Assembly: GCA_965228895.1 (NCBI GenBank)
Contig: OZ245842.1
Location: forward strand, 1,952,001 to 2,016,000
Length of the DNA: 64,000 nt
Direction: 5' to 3'
Source of the DNA: Alphaproteobacteria bacterium
GTDB taxonomy: Bacteria > Pseudomonadota > Alphaproteobacteria > SP197
Shown here piece by piece: positions 23,469 to 33,822 of this stretch (position 1 is the first letter of the stretch; each line of letters starts with the position of its first letter). Under the pieces are notes generated by a model. It made no database searches. It was given only the letters and a program-made list of their open reading frames with translations, and was not told where the DNA came from. A program made the translations under genes and the position numbers.

Positions 23469-24812
23469 ATGGCATCTGCGGCTGACCAACTCGCCAGCAA
23501 TCTGAATTTCTCCGCCTTCGGCAAGGCGACGGAACTGAAAAAGCGCCTGTGGTTCACCCTGGGCGCTTTAATCATCTATCGTCTGGGCACCTATATTCCG
23601 ATTCCCGGTATCGATCCGGCCATCTTGAACGACATCTTCCAGCAGCAGGCCGGCGGCGTGCTGTCGATGTTCAACATGTTCTCCGGCGGCGCGCTGGAGC
23701 GCATGACGATCTTTGCCTTGAACGTCATGCCCTATATCTCGGCGTCGATCATCATGCAGTTGATGACGACGGTGTCGCCGGCGCTCGAGCAGATGAAAAA
23801 AGAAGGCGAGTCCGGCCGCAAGAAGATGAACCAGTACACGCGCTACCTGACGGTGCTGCTGTGTATTGTTCAAGGTTACGGCATAGCGGTCGGCCTGGAG
23901 GCGATGACCGGCAGTTCTGGTTCCGCTGTCATTGACCCCGGTTACTTCTTCCGTTTCACGACTGTCGTGACCCTGGTCGGCGGCACCATGTTCCTGCTGT
24001 GGCTGGGCGAGCAGATCACCCAGCGCGGCGTCGGCAACGGCGTTTCGCTGATCATCTTCGCCGGTATCGTGGCGATGTTCCCGTCGGCGATCGCGCAGAT
24101 CCTGGAACTGGGCCGCATCGGCGCGATGTCGGCTTTCGCTATCATGGCGATCCTGGTCAGCCTGATCCTGCTGTTCGGCTTCATTGTTTTCATGGAGCGG
24201 GCCCAGCGGCGCATCATCGTCCAGTATCCGAAACGCCAAGTCGGCAACCGCATGTTCAGCGGCGAAAGCTCGCACCTGCCGCTGAAGCTCAACACGTCCG
24301 GCGTTATCCCGGTGATTTTTGCCAGCTCGATCCTGCTGATGCCGGTGACTTTGGCCAGCTTCTCGGCCGTTGGCGGACCTGAATGGCTGCAGGAAATGAC
24401 GCTTTTGCTGCGTCGCGGCGGAATTCTGTACCTCTCGCTCTATGCGGCAGGCATCGTCTTCTTCTGTTTCTTCTATACGTCGATCGTCTTTAACCCGGCC
24501 GATACGGCGGACAACCTGAAGAAACACGGCGGCTTTGTTCCGGGCATCCGTCCGGGCAAGAACACGGCGGAATACCTGGACTATGTGCTGACCCGCCTGA
24601 CCACGGTCGGCGCGATCTATCTGACCGCGGTCGCCGTGGTGCCGGAGTTCTTCATCGGCAACTCGGCGGTGCCGTTCCTGCTTGGCGGCACGTCGTTGCT
24701 GATCACGGTCACGGTGGCGATGGATACGATCAGTCAGATCCAATCGCACCTTTTGGCGCACCAGTACGAGGGCCTGATCAAAAAGGCCAAGCTGAAGGGG
24801 CGGCGAGGATGA
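23469..24812 (+). CDS. secY: Preprotein translocase SecY
   Basis: Multi-TM protein; [25 protein letters not shown]. Confidence 0.99.
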   Translation: MASAADQLASNLNFSAFGKATELKKRLWFTLGALIIYRLGTYIPIPGIDPAILNDIFQQQAGGVLSMFNMFSGGALERMTIFALNVMPYISASIIMQLMTTVSPALEQMKKEGESGRKKMNQYTRYLTVLLCIVQGYGIAVGLEAMTGSSGSAVIDPGYFFRFTTVVTLVGGTMFLLWLGEQITQRGVGNGVSLIIFAGIVAMFPSAIAQILELGRIGAMSAFAIMAILVSLILLFGFIVFMERAQRRIIVQYPKRQVGNRMFSGESSHLPLKLNTSGVIPVIFASSILLMPVTLASFSAVGGPEWLQEMTLLLRRGGILYLSLYAAGIVFFCFFYTSIVFNPADTADNLKKHGGFVPGIRPGKNTAEYLDYVLTRLTTVGAIYLTAVAVVPEFFIGNSAVPFLLGGTSLLITVTVAMDTISQIQSHLLAHQYEGLIKKAKLKGRRG

Positions 24813-25480
24813 AGTTGATCCTGTTGGGCCCGCCCGGTGCCGGTAAAGGCACCCAGGCGCGCCGGATTATGGACGCCCACGGCATACCGCAACTCTCGAC
24901 CGGCGATATGTTGCGCGCGGCGGTCGCCGAAGGCACCGAGATGGGCAAGATGGCCAAGGAGATCATGGATCGCGGCGAACTGGTGTCAGACGACATCATC
25001 GTCGGCATGATTTCCGATCGCATCGACCAGCCCGACTGCGACAATGGGTTCATTCTGGACGGTTTTCCGCGCTCCGAAGCCCAGGCCCAGGCGCTTGACC
25101 GCATGCTGGCGGAGCGCGGGCTGGCGCTGGACTGCGTGATCGAGATGCAGGTCGACGATGAGGCCCTTGTCGAGCGGCTAACCGGCCGGTTTACCTGCGC
25201 CAAGTGCGGGGCCGGGTATCACGACAAGTTTCAGCAACCAAAAATTGCAGGCGTCTGTGATGTCTGCGGCGGCACGGAGTTCACCCGCCGCGCTGACGAC
25301 AACGAAGAGACGTTGCGTTCGCGCCTGACCGTCTATCACAGTCAGACAGCGCCGCTTTTGCCCTATTATCAAGGACATGGCGTGCTTCGTTCCGTCGACG
25401 GCATGGCCGATATCGACGAGGTGACCCGCCAGATCGAGGCGGTTTTGAATTCGTGCGGTGGAGGGGGCGGCAATGATTGA
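24809..25480 (+). CDS. adk: Adenylate kinase with four-Cys LID
   Basis: [22 protein letters not shown]; CAKC...CDVC. Confidence 0.98.
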   Translation: MKLILLGPPGAGKGTQARRIMDAHGIPQLSTGDMLRAAVAEGTEMGKMAKEIMDRGELVSDDIIVGMISDRIDQPDCDNGFILDGFPRSEAQAQALDRMLAERGLALDCVIEMQVDDEALVERLTGRFTCAKCGAGYHDKFQQPKIAGVCDVCGGTEFTRRADDNEETLRSRLTVYHSQTAPLLPYYQGHGVLRSVDGMADIDEVTRQIEAVLNSCGGGGGND

Positions 25481-25504
25481 CTCGTTGGCCGCGATGCCTA
25501 TACT
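25477..25504 (+). promoter_or_regulatory. sigma70-type promoter of rpsM-rpsK-rpoA-rplQ
   Basis: TTGACT-16 bp-TATACT; the -35 element overlaps the adk TGA stop. Confidence 0.7.
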
Positions 25505-25570
25505 CCGCCGCGATCCCGGAAACCGGAGCGGTTTTGCCGGCTCTTTTGCTTTGCCTGAGGAGAGGTAACT

Positions 25571-25939
25571 TTGGCACGTATTGCTGGTGTCAATATTCCG
25601 ACCAATAAACGCGTCGAAGTTGCGCTGACCTATATCCACGGTATCGGTCGCACGACAGCGAAGCAGGTCTGCGCCAACGCCCAGATTCCTGCGGCGCGCC
25701 GCGTCAACGAGCTGACAGACGCCGAGGTCGGCCAGATCCGTGAGATCATCGATTCGAGCTTGGTCGTCGAAGGCGACCTGAGGCGCGAAGTCGCCATGAA
25801 CATCAAACGTTTGATGGACATGGGCTGTAACCGTGGCATTCGTCACCGCAAGGGTCTGCCGGTGCGCGGCCAGAACACCCACAACAATGCGCGAACCCGC
25901 AAGGGCAAAGCGCGGCCGGTCGCCGGTAAGAAGAAGTAG
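25571..25939 (+). CDS. rpsM: 30S ribosomal protein S13
   Basis: TTG start after GAGG; [16 protein letters not shown]. Confidence 0.98.
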   Translation: MARIAGVNIPTNKRVEVALTYIHGIGRTTAKQVCANAQIPAARRVNELTDAEVGQIREIIDSSLVVEGDLRREVAMNIKRLMDMGCNRGIRHRKGLPVRGQNTHNNARTRKGKARPVAGKKK

Positions 25940-25946
25940 GAGCGTC

Positions 25947-26336
25947 ATGGCTCGGGAAGCAACACGCGTCAGGCGGCGCGAGCGCAAGAACATCACGTCG
26001 GGCGTGGCGCATGTGAACGCCTCGTTCAACAATACGACGGTCACCATCGCGGACGCCCAAGGCAACGCGATCTCGTGGTCGTCGGCCGGATCCATGGGTT
26101 TCAAAGGGTCGCGCAAGTCGACTCCCTATGCCGCACAGATGGCCGCCGAAGACGCCGGCCGCAAGGCGATGGATCACGGCATGCAGACGCTTGAAGTCCG
26201 GGTCAAGGGCCCGGGATCAGGTCGTGAGTCGGCGCTACGCGCGCTGTCGGCGATCGGCTTCAACATTACGGCCATCCAGGACGTAACGCCGATCCCGCAT
26301 AACGGCTGCCGTCCGCGCAAGCGTCGCCGCGTCTAG
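25947..26336 (+). CDS. rpsK: 30S ribosomal protein S11
   Basis: [26 protein letters not shown]; ATG at 25947. Confidence 0.99.
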   Translation: MAREATRVRRRERKNITSGVAHVNASFNNTTVTIADAQGNAISWSSAGSMGFKGSRKSTPYAAQMAAEDAGRKAMDHGMQTLEVRVKGPGSGRESALRALSAIGFNITAIQDVTPIPHNGCRPRKRRRV

Positions 26337-26467
26337 CACCCCTTAGGGTGCGCCGATCGCTGGGGCGCGGTCGGGCGTGACAACCGGATTACCGATGGCC
26401 GGGCGCAAAGCGTCTGGCCCATGCCGTCACATAAGGCGGCATTACACAAATGAGGTCGTCTCTAGCG

Positions 26468-27484
26468 ATGAACAGAAACTGGCAAGCACTGATCAAACCG
26501 AACAAGCTGCAGATCGAGCCTGGCATCGATGCCTCGCGTGAAGCGACCATCGTAGCCGAGCCGCTGGAGCGTGGCTTCGGCCTGACATTGGGCAACGCGC
26601 TGCGCCGCGTTCTCCTATCCTCGCTGCAGGGTGCAGCGGTGACGTCGATCCAGATCAACAACGTCCTGCATGAGTTCTCGTCGATCACCGGCGTGCATGA
26701 AGACGTGACCGACATCGTCTTGAACATCAAGTCGATGGCGCTGCGCATGTATGCCGAAGGGCCCAAGCGCATGTCGCTGAAGGCCAAGGGCCCGGGCGCG
26801 GTGACCGCGTCGATGATCGAGACCGGCCCGGACATCGAGATTATGGACCCTGACCACGTCATCTGCACCCTGGACGGCGATGCGGATCTGAACATGGAGT
26901 TCACGGTCGAGCTCGGCAAAGGCTACGTACCGGCGGCCCAGAACCGGCCGGACGACGCGCCGATCGGCCTGATCCCGGTCGATGCGATCTATAGCCCGGT
27001 GCGCAAGGTTGCCTACAAGGTCGAGAACAGCCGTGTCGGGCAGGTCACCGACTACGACAAGCTGGCGATGACCGTCGACACCAATGGCGCGGTGACGCCG
27101 GAGGATGCGGTCGCGCTTGCGGCGCGTATTCTGCAGGACCAGTTGCAGCTTTTCATCAACTTCGAAGAGCCGGAAGTGCGTGTCGAGCGCGAGGAAGCGG
27201 CCGAGCCCGAGTTCAACGCCAACCTGCTGCGCAAGGTCGACGAGCTCGAACTGTCGGTGCGGTCGGCCAACTGTCTGAAGAACGACAACATCGTCTATAT
27301 CGGCGATCTCGTGCAGAAGACCGAAGCCGAAATGCTGCGCACGCCGAACTTCGGCCGCAAGTCGCTCAACGAGATCAAGGATGTTCTCTCGCAGATGGGC
27401 CTGCATCTCGGCATGAAGATCCCGGACTGGCCGCCGGAAAACATCGAGGAGCTCGCCAAGAAGCTCGAGGACCCCTTTAACTGA
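26468..27484 (+). CDS. rpoA: RNA polymerase alpha subunit
   Basis: [28 protein letters not shown]. Confidence 0.99.
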   Translation: MNRNWQALIKPNKLQIEPGIDASREATIVAEPLERGFGLTLGNALRRVLLSSLQGAAVTSIQINNVLHEFSSITGVHEDVTDIVLNIKSMALRMYAEGPKRMSLKAKGPGAVTASMIETGPDIEIMDPDHVICTLDGDADLNMEFTVELGKGYVPAAQNRPDDAPIGLIPVDAIYSPVRKVAYKVENSRVGQVTDYDKLAMTVDTNGAVTPEDAVALAARILQDQLQLFINFEEPEVRVEREEAAEPEFNANLLRKVDELELSVRSANCLKNDNIVYIGDLVQKTEAEMLRTPNFGRKSLNEIKDVLSQMGLHLGMKIPDWPPENIEELAKKLEDPFN

Positions 27485-27514
27485 TCCGGCGCCGCCGGAC
27501 ATCAGGAGACCGCC

Positions 27515-27943
27515 ATGCGACACCGTAACGCCGGACGCAAGCTCAACCGAACCAGTGCCCACAGAAAGGCGCTGTTGATCAACATGGCCCAGGCTTTGGT
27601 CAAGCACGAGCAGATCAAGACGACCCTGCCCAAGGCCAAGGAGCTTGCGCCCTATACCGAGAAGCTGATCACGCTTGCCAAGCGCGGCGACCTGCATGCC
27701 CGCCGTCAGGCCTATGTCAAGATCGCCGACGACGCCATGGTGGCCAAGCTGTTCGATGTGTTGGCCGAGCGCTATCAGGACCGCGCTGGCGGCTACACGC
27801 GGGTGCTGAAGGCGGGTTTCCGTTATGGCGACGACGCGCCGATGGCGATCATCGAGCTGGTCGACCGCGACGAAGACGCCAAGGGGCAGGATTCCGGCCC
27901 GACCCAGTTTGAAGACGATGAGGATGAGGAAGTGGCCGCATAA
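27515..27943 (+). CDS. rplQ: 50S ribosomal protein L17
   Basis: [26 protein letters not shown]. Confidence 0.99.
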   Translation: MRHRNAGRKLNRTSAHRKALLINMAQALVKHEQIKTTLPKAKELAPYTEKLITLAKRGDLHARRQAYVKIADDAMVAKLFDVLAERYQDRAGGYTRVLKAGFRYGDDAPMAIIELVDRDEDAKGQDSGPTQFEDDEDEEVAA

Positions 27944-27970
27944 GGCCTCGACCTCACCAAAAGACCTTGC

Positions 27971-27996
27971 AAAGGGCGGCTGTCATGCCGCCCTTT
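27971..27996. terminator. Intrinsic terminator after rplQ
   Basis: AAAGGGCGGC-TGTCAT-GCCGCCCTTT. Confidence 0.75.
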
Positions 27997-28032
27997 CTAT
28001 ATCCTGCCCTTCGGCTCCACGCCGATCCGCTC

Positions 28033-28158
28033 TCGATCGGATCGCAGATTGATGGAACAACCAATCTGCGTGAATCCGATCGACTTCAATGAGATAGAGC
28101 AGATTCACCCATCTTGATTTCATCGCGAAGCGATTCAATCAAAATGGGATCTGCTCTA
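28033..28158 (+). repeat. Two-hairpin intergenic mosaic repeat; the 64-bp unit at 28095-28158 is copy 1
   Basis: Hairpin 28033-28083, 11-bp linker, then TAGAGCAGAT...ATCTGCTCTA, which is 56/64 identical to 36994-37057. Confidence 0.85.
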
Positions 28159-28168
28159 GACTGAGACG

Positions 28169-29470
28169 ATGGCGACGCTGTTTGAATCCCAGGCTCCGAG
28201 GCCGCTTGCCGACCGGTTGAGACCGGAGACGCTTGAGCAGGTGGTCGGGCAGGATCATCTGCTCGATCCCGACGCGCCGCTTGGCCGTATGGTCGCCAAG
28301 GGCCGGCTTGTGTCGCTTATCCTGTGGGGACCGCCGGGGTCGGGCAAGACGACCATCGCCCGTCTGCTGGCCGACAAGACCGACTTGGCATTCGAGCCGA
28401 TTTCGGCTGTCTTTGCCGGCGTCGCCGACCTGCGCAAAGTCTTCGAGCGCGCCCGCGCCCGGCGTCAGGACGGGCGAGGTACCTTGCTGTTCGTCGACGA
28501 GATCCACCGCTTCAACAAGGCCCAACAGGACGCGCTTCTGCCGTTTGTCGAGGATGGCACCGTGGTCCTGGTCGGTGCGACGACGGAGAACCCGTCGTTC
28601 GAGGTTAACGCTGCACTGACGTCGCGCTGTCAGGTTCTGGTCCTCAATCGCTTGGACGCCGCCGCTCTGGACGATCTTCTCCGGCGTGCCGAGGCGGACA
28701 CCGGGAACACGCTGCCACTGGACGCTGACGCGCGCGATGCGCTGAAGGACATGGCCGATGGTGATGGGCGCTTTTTGCTCAACATGGCCGAGGAATTGTT
28801 GGCGCTGGAGCCTGGCAAGACGATCGATCGCGCCCAGTTGGCCGACGTCGTCCAGCGGCGGGTGCCGATCTACGACAAGGCGGACGAGGGGCACTACAAC
28901 CTGATCAGCGCGCTGCACAAGTCGGTGCGTGGCTCCGATCCCGACGCCTCGCTTTATTGGCTGGCGCGCATGCTCGACGCCGGTGAAGACCCACTTTATG
29001 TCGCGCGGCGCATCGTGCGCATGGCGATCGAAGACATCGGCATGGCCGACCCCCAGGCGCTGGCGCAGTGTATTGCCGCCAAGGACACATACGTTTTTCT
29101 GGGCTCGCCGGAAGGCGAATTGGCACTGGCCCAAGCGGTGATCTATTGCGCGACCGCGCCCAAATCGAACGCTGCCTACAAGGCCTATGGCGCGGCACGG
29201 CGTAGCGCCCGGGAGCACGGGTCCCTGACACCGCCGAAGCATATCCTGAATGCGCCAACAAAGATGATGAAGGAGATGGGTTACGGCGCGAACTATGACT
29301 ACGACCACGACGCGCCGGACGCGTTTTCCGGCCAGGACTACTTCCCCGACGAGATGACGCGCGAGCGCTACTACGCCCCGGTCGAGAGGGGCTTCGAACG
29401 CGAGGTCGCCAAGCGCCTGGAGTACTGGGCAAAGCTGCGCGACAAACGCGGCGCCGGGGGCGGCACGTGA
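28169..29470 (+). CDS. rarA: Replication-associated recombination protein A (AAA+ ATPase)
   Basis: [39 protein letters not shown]. Confidence 0.95.
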   Translation: MATLFESQAPRPLADRLRPETLEQVVGQDHLLDPDAPLGRMVAKGRLVSLILWGPPGSGKTTIARLLADKTDLAFEPISAVFAGVADLRKVFERARARRQDGRGTLLFVDEIHRFNKAQQDALLPFVEDGTVVLVGATTENPSFEVNAALTSRCQVLVLNRLDAAALDDLLRRAEADTGNTLPLDADARDALKDMADGDGRFLLNMAEELLALEPGKTIDRAQLADVVQRRVPIYDKADEGHYNLISALHKSVRGSDPDASLYWLARMLDAGEDPLYVARRIVRMAIEDIGMADPQALAQCIAAKDTYVFLGSPEGELALAQAVIYCATAPKSNAAYKAYGAARRSAREHGSLTPPKHILNAPTKMMKEMGYGANYDYDHDAPDAFSGQDYFPDEMTRERYYAPVERGFEREVAKRLEYWAKLRDKRGAGGGT

Positions 29471-29850
29471 TCAAGATGCTGCTGCTCGTCGCGCTCGGCG
29501 GGGCCTTGGGCGCCGTCGGCCGCTATCTGACGATTGCCGGCGTCGGCGCGGTCACCGGGTTTGGGTTCCCGTTCGGTACACTTGTGGTCAACGTCGTCGG
29601 TTCCTTCGTCCTGGGCGTTTTGGCCGAAAGCATGACGCTCGTCTGGTCGCCGTCCGCTGAGTTGCGCGCCATGCTGGTTGTCGGCGTACTCGGCGCCTAC
29701 ACGACCTTCTCGACCTTTTCGCTTGATGTCGTGATGCAGCTTGAGCGCGGCAATTTCGTCGGCGCTGCTCTTTACATCCTGTCATCGGTGTCGCTCTGCG
29801 TTCTCGGCCTTTATGCCGGCATGCGGCTGATGCGTCTGGTACTGACGTGA
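29467..29850 (+). CDS. crcB: Fluoride channel CrcB/Fluc
   Basis: GGALGAVGRY, FPFGTLVVN, GAYTTFSTF. Confidence 0.95.
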   Translation: MIKMLLLVALGGALGAVGRYLTIAGVGAVTGFGFPFGTLVVNVVGSFVLGVLAESMTLVWSPSAELRAMLVVGVLGAYTTFSTFSLDVVMQLERGNFVGAALYILSSVSLCVLGLYAGMRLMRLVLT

Positions 29851-30818
29851 CCCAGGTTCGCCACGTCACGGTATCGCCGGGCGATGAGCACATGCGCCTG
29901 GATCGCTGGTTTCACCGCGAGTTCCCGGCTGTTACGCATGGTCATCTGGCGAAGCTGTTACGGACCGGCCAGGTCAGGCTCGACGGCCGGCGTTGCAAGC
30001 CCGGCGACCGGCTTGTCGCCGGTCAGACCGTGCGCGTGCCGCCGTTGCCGGAGGCAAAGACCGCAGAACCGCGTGCGAAACCTGAACCCAAAGTCGATCG
30101 GCGTGAGGCCGAGGACCTCGCCGCGCGCGTTCTCTACCGCGACGACGATGTCATCGCGCTCGACAAACCGTCGGGACTGGCCGTGCAGGGCGGCACCGGC
30201 ACAAAGCGGCATCTGGACGGCATGCTCGATGCGCTCCGGTTCGGTGCGCCGGAGCGTCCTCGGCTGGTCCATCGCCTGGACCGCGATACCAGCGGCGTCA
30301 TGCTGCTCGCGCGTCATGCCGCCGCTGCCCGCGAGCTGGGCAACCTGTTCAAGGGTCGGGAAACCGAAAAGACCTATTGGGCGCTTGTGGCGGGGCGTCC
30401 GGATGCCGATGAAGGGTTGATTGACATGCCGCTCGCTAAACGGCCCGGCAAGGGCGGCGAGCGCATGTGCGTCGATGAAGAGGAAGGGCGCCGCGCGATC
30501 AGCCAGTTCCGCGTCATCGACAGCGCCGGCGACAAGGTCGCGTGGCTTGCGCTCAGTCCGCATACCGGACGTACCCATCAACTGCGTGTGCACTGTGCCG
30601 CCATCGGTTGCCCGATCCTGGGCGACGGCAAGTATGGCGGCCGCGATGCTTTCCTTTCCGGCTTTGACCTTGCCAAGCGTGTTCATCTGCACGCCCGCGC
30701 GATCGCCATGCCGTGGCATGGCGGCGCGTTGAGCATCGAGGCGCCGCTGCCGCGCGACCTCGTCAAGAGCTGGTCGCTCTTCGGTTTCGACCCGAACACT
30801 GCCGGCTTATCGACATGA
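29847..30818 (+). CDS. RluA-family pseudouridine synthase with S4 domain (RluC-like)
   Basis: HRLDRDTSG, TGRTHQLRVH. Confidence 0.93.
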   Translation: MTQVRHVTVSPGDEHMRLDRWFHREFPAVTHGHLAKLLRTGQVRLDGRRCKPGDRLVAGQTVRVPPLPEAKTAEPRAKPEPKVDRREAEDLAARVLYRDDDVIALDKPSGLAVQGGTGTKRHLDGMLDALRFGAPERPRLVHRLDRDTSGVMLLARHAAAARELGNLFKGRETEKTYWALVAGRPDADEGLIDMPLAKRPGKGGERMCVDEEEGRRAISQFRVIDSAGDKVAWLALSPHTGRTHQLRVHCAAIGCPILGDGKYGGRDAFLSGFDLAKRVHLHARAIAMPWHGGALSIEAPLPRDLVKSWSLFGFDPNTAGLST

Positions 30819-31495
30819 ACCGGCGTCTCGTCCTGTTCGATTGCGACGGCACGCTGGTCGATAGCCAGCATGTCATCCACGAGGCCATGTCGTTTGCGTT
30901 TGCCGATCACGGCCTGTCGCCCTTGCCACGCCAAGACGTCCGCCGCGTCATCGGTCTGCCGCTCGACACGGCGATTGCTCAGCTGTTGCCGGCAGGCTCA
31001 TCCGACCAGATCGCCGGCTTGGCGCAAAGCTACAAGGAGGCGTTCGTTCAGCTGCGTCAGCGGGTTGGCCAGCACGAACCGCTTTTCGACGGCATGCGCG
31101 AGGTGATCGAGACACTCGATGCGGGCGGCGCGCTGCTCGGCATCGTCACGGGCAAGGGCAGTCAGGGCCTTGCCATGGTCTTGGCGCAGCACGATTTGAC
31201 GAAGCGTTTCGTCACGCTGCAGACAGCGGATACCGCGCCCGGCAAGCCGGATCCCGGCATGGTCAATCAGGCGCTTGCCGAAACCGGCGCGGCGCCGTCA
31301 GAAACAGTGGTCATTGGCGATACGACCTTCGACATGGCGATGGCGGTCGCCGCCGGCGTGCCGGCCATCGGCGTGGCGTGGGGTTACCATCCATCCGACC
31401 ATCTAGTGGCGGCCGGGGCGCGGTGCGTCGTCGCCAACCCACTGGAGCTTCATGCCGCCATCGAGAGCCTGGCCGTCTCAGGCGTGAGCGCCTGA
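30815..31495 (+). CDS. HAD-IA family hydrolase (phosphoglycolate phosphatase-like)
   Basis: FDCDGTLVDS, KPDP, IGDTTFD; ATGA overlap with the upstream gene. Confidence 0.9.
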   Translation: MNRRLVLFDCDGTLVDSQHVIHEAMSFAFADHGLSPLPRQDVRRVIGLPLDTAIAQLLPAGSSDQIAGLAQSYKEAFVQLRQRVGQHEPLFDGMREVIETLDAGGALLGIVTGKGSQGLAMVLAQHDLTKRFVTLQTADTAPGKPDPGMVNQALAETGAAPSETVVIGDTTFDMAMAVAAGVPAIGVAWGYHPSDHLVAAGARCVVANPLELHAAIESLAVSGVSA

Positions 31496-31497
31496 CC

Positions 31498-32232
31498 ATG
31501 GTGAAGCGCTTTTACGATATCGTCGCGTGGCGGCCTTGTGCGGGTGGGTTCGAGGTCACCCTCGACGAGCGGCCGGTCCATACACCGGGGCGCCAACGCA
31601 TCGTCGTGCCCACCGAAGAGCTGGCCGACGAGATTGCCGGCGAATGGCGCGGACAGTCGGGCGACGTGCGTCCAGAGACCATGCCGATAACCCGGTTGGT
31701 GACCACCGCCATCGATCGGGTGGCCGAGCGCCGGGTCGAGGTCGTTGCCGATCTCGCTGAGTTTGGCGCCAGCGACCTCGTCTGTTACCGCGCCGATGCG
31801 CCGGCCGAGCTGGTGACGTTTCAGGCGCAGCACTGGCAGCCGCTCGTCGACTGGGCCGCAAGCCGCTATGGCGCGATGATGTCCGTGACCAGCGGCATCA
31901 TGCCGGTTGACCAGCCTCCAGAGGCGGTACAGGCGCTCGCCTCAGCACTTGAGCCGCTGACCGACTTCGAACTCATGGCGGTCCATGCCGTCACCGTGGC
32001 GACGGGCTCGTTGATCACCGGCTTGGCGGTGGCTGAAGGAAAAATCGCCGGCGAGGAAGCCTGGCAGGCCGGCCTGGCCGACGAGCACTACATGGCCGAG
32101 GTGTGGGGCGAGGACGCGGAGGCGAAGGCGCGCCAAGAGGCCTTGCGCGAGGAAATCGTCATGGCGGAGCGTCTGTTGCACCTGTTGGGACGTTTGCGAC
32201 CGGTCAAACTTGCTGCGCCGCACAATGAATGA
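31498..32232 (+). CDS. ATP12 family chaperone
   Basis: KRFY, EIAGEW, PETMPITRL, DLVCYRA, WGEDAEA. Confidence 0.9.
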   Translation: MVKRFYDIVAWRPCAGGFEVTLDERPVHTPGRQRIVVPTEELADEIAGEWRGQSGDVRPETMPITRLVTTAIDRVAERRVEVVADLAEFGASDLVCYRADAPAELVTFQAQHWQPLVDWAASRYGAMMSVTSGIMPVDQPPEAVQALASALEPLTDFELMAVHAVTVATGSLITGLAVAEGKIAGEEAWQAGLADEHYMAEVWGEDAEAKARQEALREEIVMAERLLHLLGRLRPVKLAAPHNE

Positions 32233-32272
32233 TATCGAGGAATAACAAGGGCTTGCGCAAGGCGGGACGCCA

Positions 32273-33805
32273 ATGAACGACATGATTCGGCAGCTTGAAG
32301 AGCGGCGCGAACAGGCGCGCGCCGGCGGTGGCGAGCGGCGCGTTCAAGCCCAGCACGCGAAAGGCAAACTCTCTGCGCGCGAACGGATTGAGCTGCTGCT
32401 CGACGACGGTTCGTTCGAGGAATGGGACATGTTTGTCGAACATCGCTGCAGCGATTTCGGCATGACCGAACAGAAGGTGCCGGGCGACGGTGTGGTGACC
32501 GGCTGGGGCACGGTCAACGGCCGGCTGGTCTTCGTCTTCAGCCAGGATTTCACGGTTTTCGGCGGGTCGCTCTCCGAGGCGCATGCGGAAAAGATCTGCA
32601 AGATCATGGATCGCGCCATGCAGGTCGGCGCACCGGTTATCGGCATCAACGATTCCGGCGGCGCGCGCATTCAGGAAGGCGTCGCGTCGCTGGCCGGCTA
32701 TGCCGAGGTCTTCCAGCGCAATGTCATGGCATCGGGTGTCGTGCCGCAGATCTCGGTCATCATGGGTCCGTGCGCGGGTGGTGCTGTCTATTCGCCGGCG
32801 ATGACCGACTTCATCTTCATGGTGAAGGACAGCGCCTACATGTTCGTGACCGGCCCGGACGTGGTGAAGACCGTGACCCATGAGATGGTCACACACGAAG
32901 AACTGGGTGGCGCCGTCACCCACACGACGCGGTCGGGCGTCGCCGACCTGGCCTTGGAGAACGATGTCGAGACGCTCGCCGAGCTGCGCCGTTTCATCGA
33001 TTTCCTGCCGGCATCAAACCGCGAAAAGCCGCCCCACTGGCATACCGACGATCCTCTCGACCGGGCGGAGCCGTCGCTCGATACGCTGGTGCCGGCCAAC
33101 CCGAACAAACCCTATGACATGAAGGAGCTGATCGAGAAGGTGGTCGACGAGGGCCACTTTTTTGAACTGCAGCCGGGCTACGCCGGCAACATCGTGACGG
33201 GGTTCGGCCGCATCGACGGCCATACCATCGGCATTGTCGCCAACCAGCCGATGGTACTGGCGGGGTGCTTGGATATCGATGCGTCGAAGAAGGCCGCGCG
33301 TTTCGTGCGTTTCTGCGACTGCTTCAACATTCCGATCGTGACCTTTGTCGATGTGCCGGGCTTCCTGCCTGGCACCAGCCAGGAACATGGCGGCATCATC
33401 AAACACGGCGCCAAGCTGCTCTACGCGTTTGCCGAGGCGACGGTGCCCAAGGTCACGGTCATCACCCGCAAATCCTATGGTGGCGCCTATGTGGTCATGA
33501 GCTCCAAGCATCTGCGCGGCGACGTGAACTACGCCTGGCCGGGCGCCGAGGTCGCGGTGATGGGGTCGAAAGGCGCGGTCGAGATCATCTTCCGCGCGGA
33601 GTTGGATGATCAGGAGAAGATCGAGGCGCGCACAGAGGAGTATCGCGAACGCTTCGCCAACCCGTTCTCCGCCGCCCGGCGCGGTTTTATCGACGATGTC
33701 ATCATGCCGCGCAGCACGCGCCGGCGGATCGGTAAGGCGCTCCTGATGTTACGCGACAAAGAGTTAACAAATCCCTGGAAGAAGCACGATAATATACCTC
33801 TGTAG
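32273..33805 (+). CDS. pccB: Propionyl-CoA carboxylase beta subunit
   Basis: [37 protein letters not shown]. Confidence 0.92.
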   Translation: MNDMIRQLEERREQARAGGGERRVQAQHAKGKLSARERIELLLDDGSFEEWDMFVEHRCSDFGMTEQKVPGDGVVTGWGTVNGRLVFVFSQDFTVFGGSLSEAHAEKICKIMDRAMQVGAPVIGINDSGGARIQEGVASLAGYAEVFQRNVMASGVVPQISVIMGPCAGGAVYSPAMTDFIFMVKDSAYMFVTGPDVVKTVTHEMVTHEELGGAVTHTTRSGVADLALENDVETLAELRRFIDFLPASNREKPPHWHTDDPLDRAEPSLDTLVPANPNKPYDMKELIEKVVDEGHFFELQPGYAGNIVTGFGRIDGHTIGIVANQPMVLAGCLDIDASKKAARFVRFCDCFNIPIVTFVDVPGFLPGTSQEHGGIIKHGAKLLYAFAEATVPKVTVITRKSYGGAYVVMSSKHLRGDVNYAWPGAEVAVMGSKGAVEIIFRAELDDQEKIEARTEEYRERFANPFSAARRGFIDDVIMPRSTRRRIGKALLMLRDKELTNPWKKHDNIPL

Positions 33806-33822
33806 CAGGTAGTTAGGGCGAA

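Noticed and set aside
25180-25275. Four-Cys metal-binding LID in Adk
   Set aside because: A known variant, also found in some Alphaproteobacteria.
23469-27943. Absence of rpmJ, infA and rpsD from the spc/alpha cluster
   Set aside because: Normal alphaproteobacterial arrangement.
28033-28158. CRISPR array interpretation of the palindromic repeats
   Set aside because: The copies are kilobases apart, with no spacer periodicity and no cas genes.
29300-29470. Fluoride riboswitch upstream of crcB
   Set aside because: crcB overlaps the rarA stop (GTGA), leaving no leader, and no motif was recognised.
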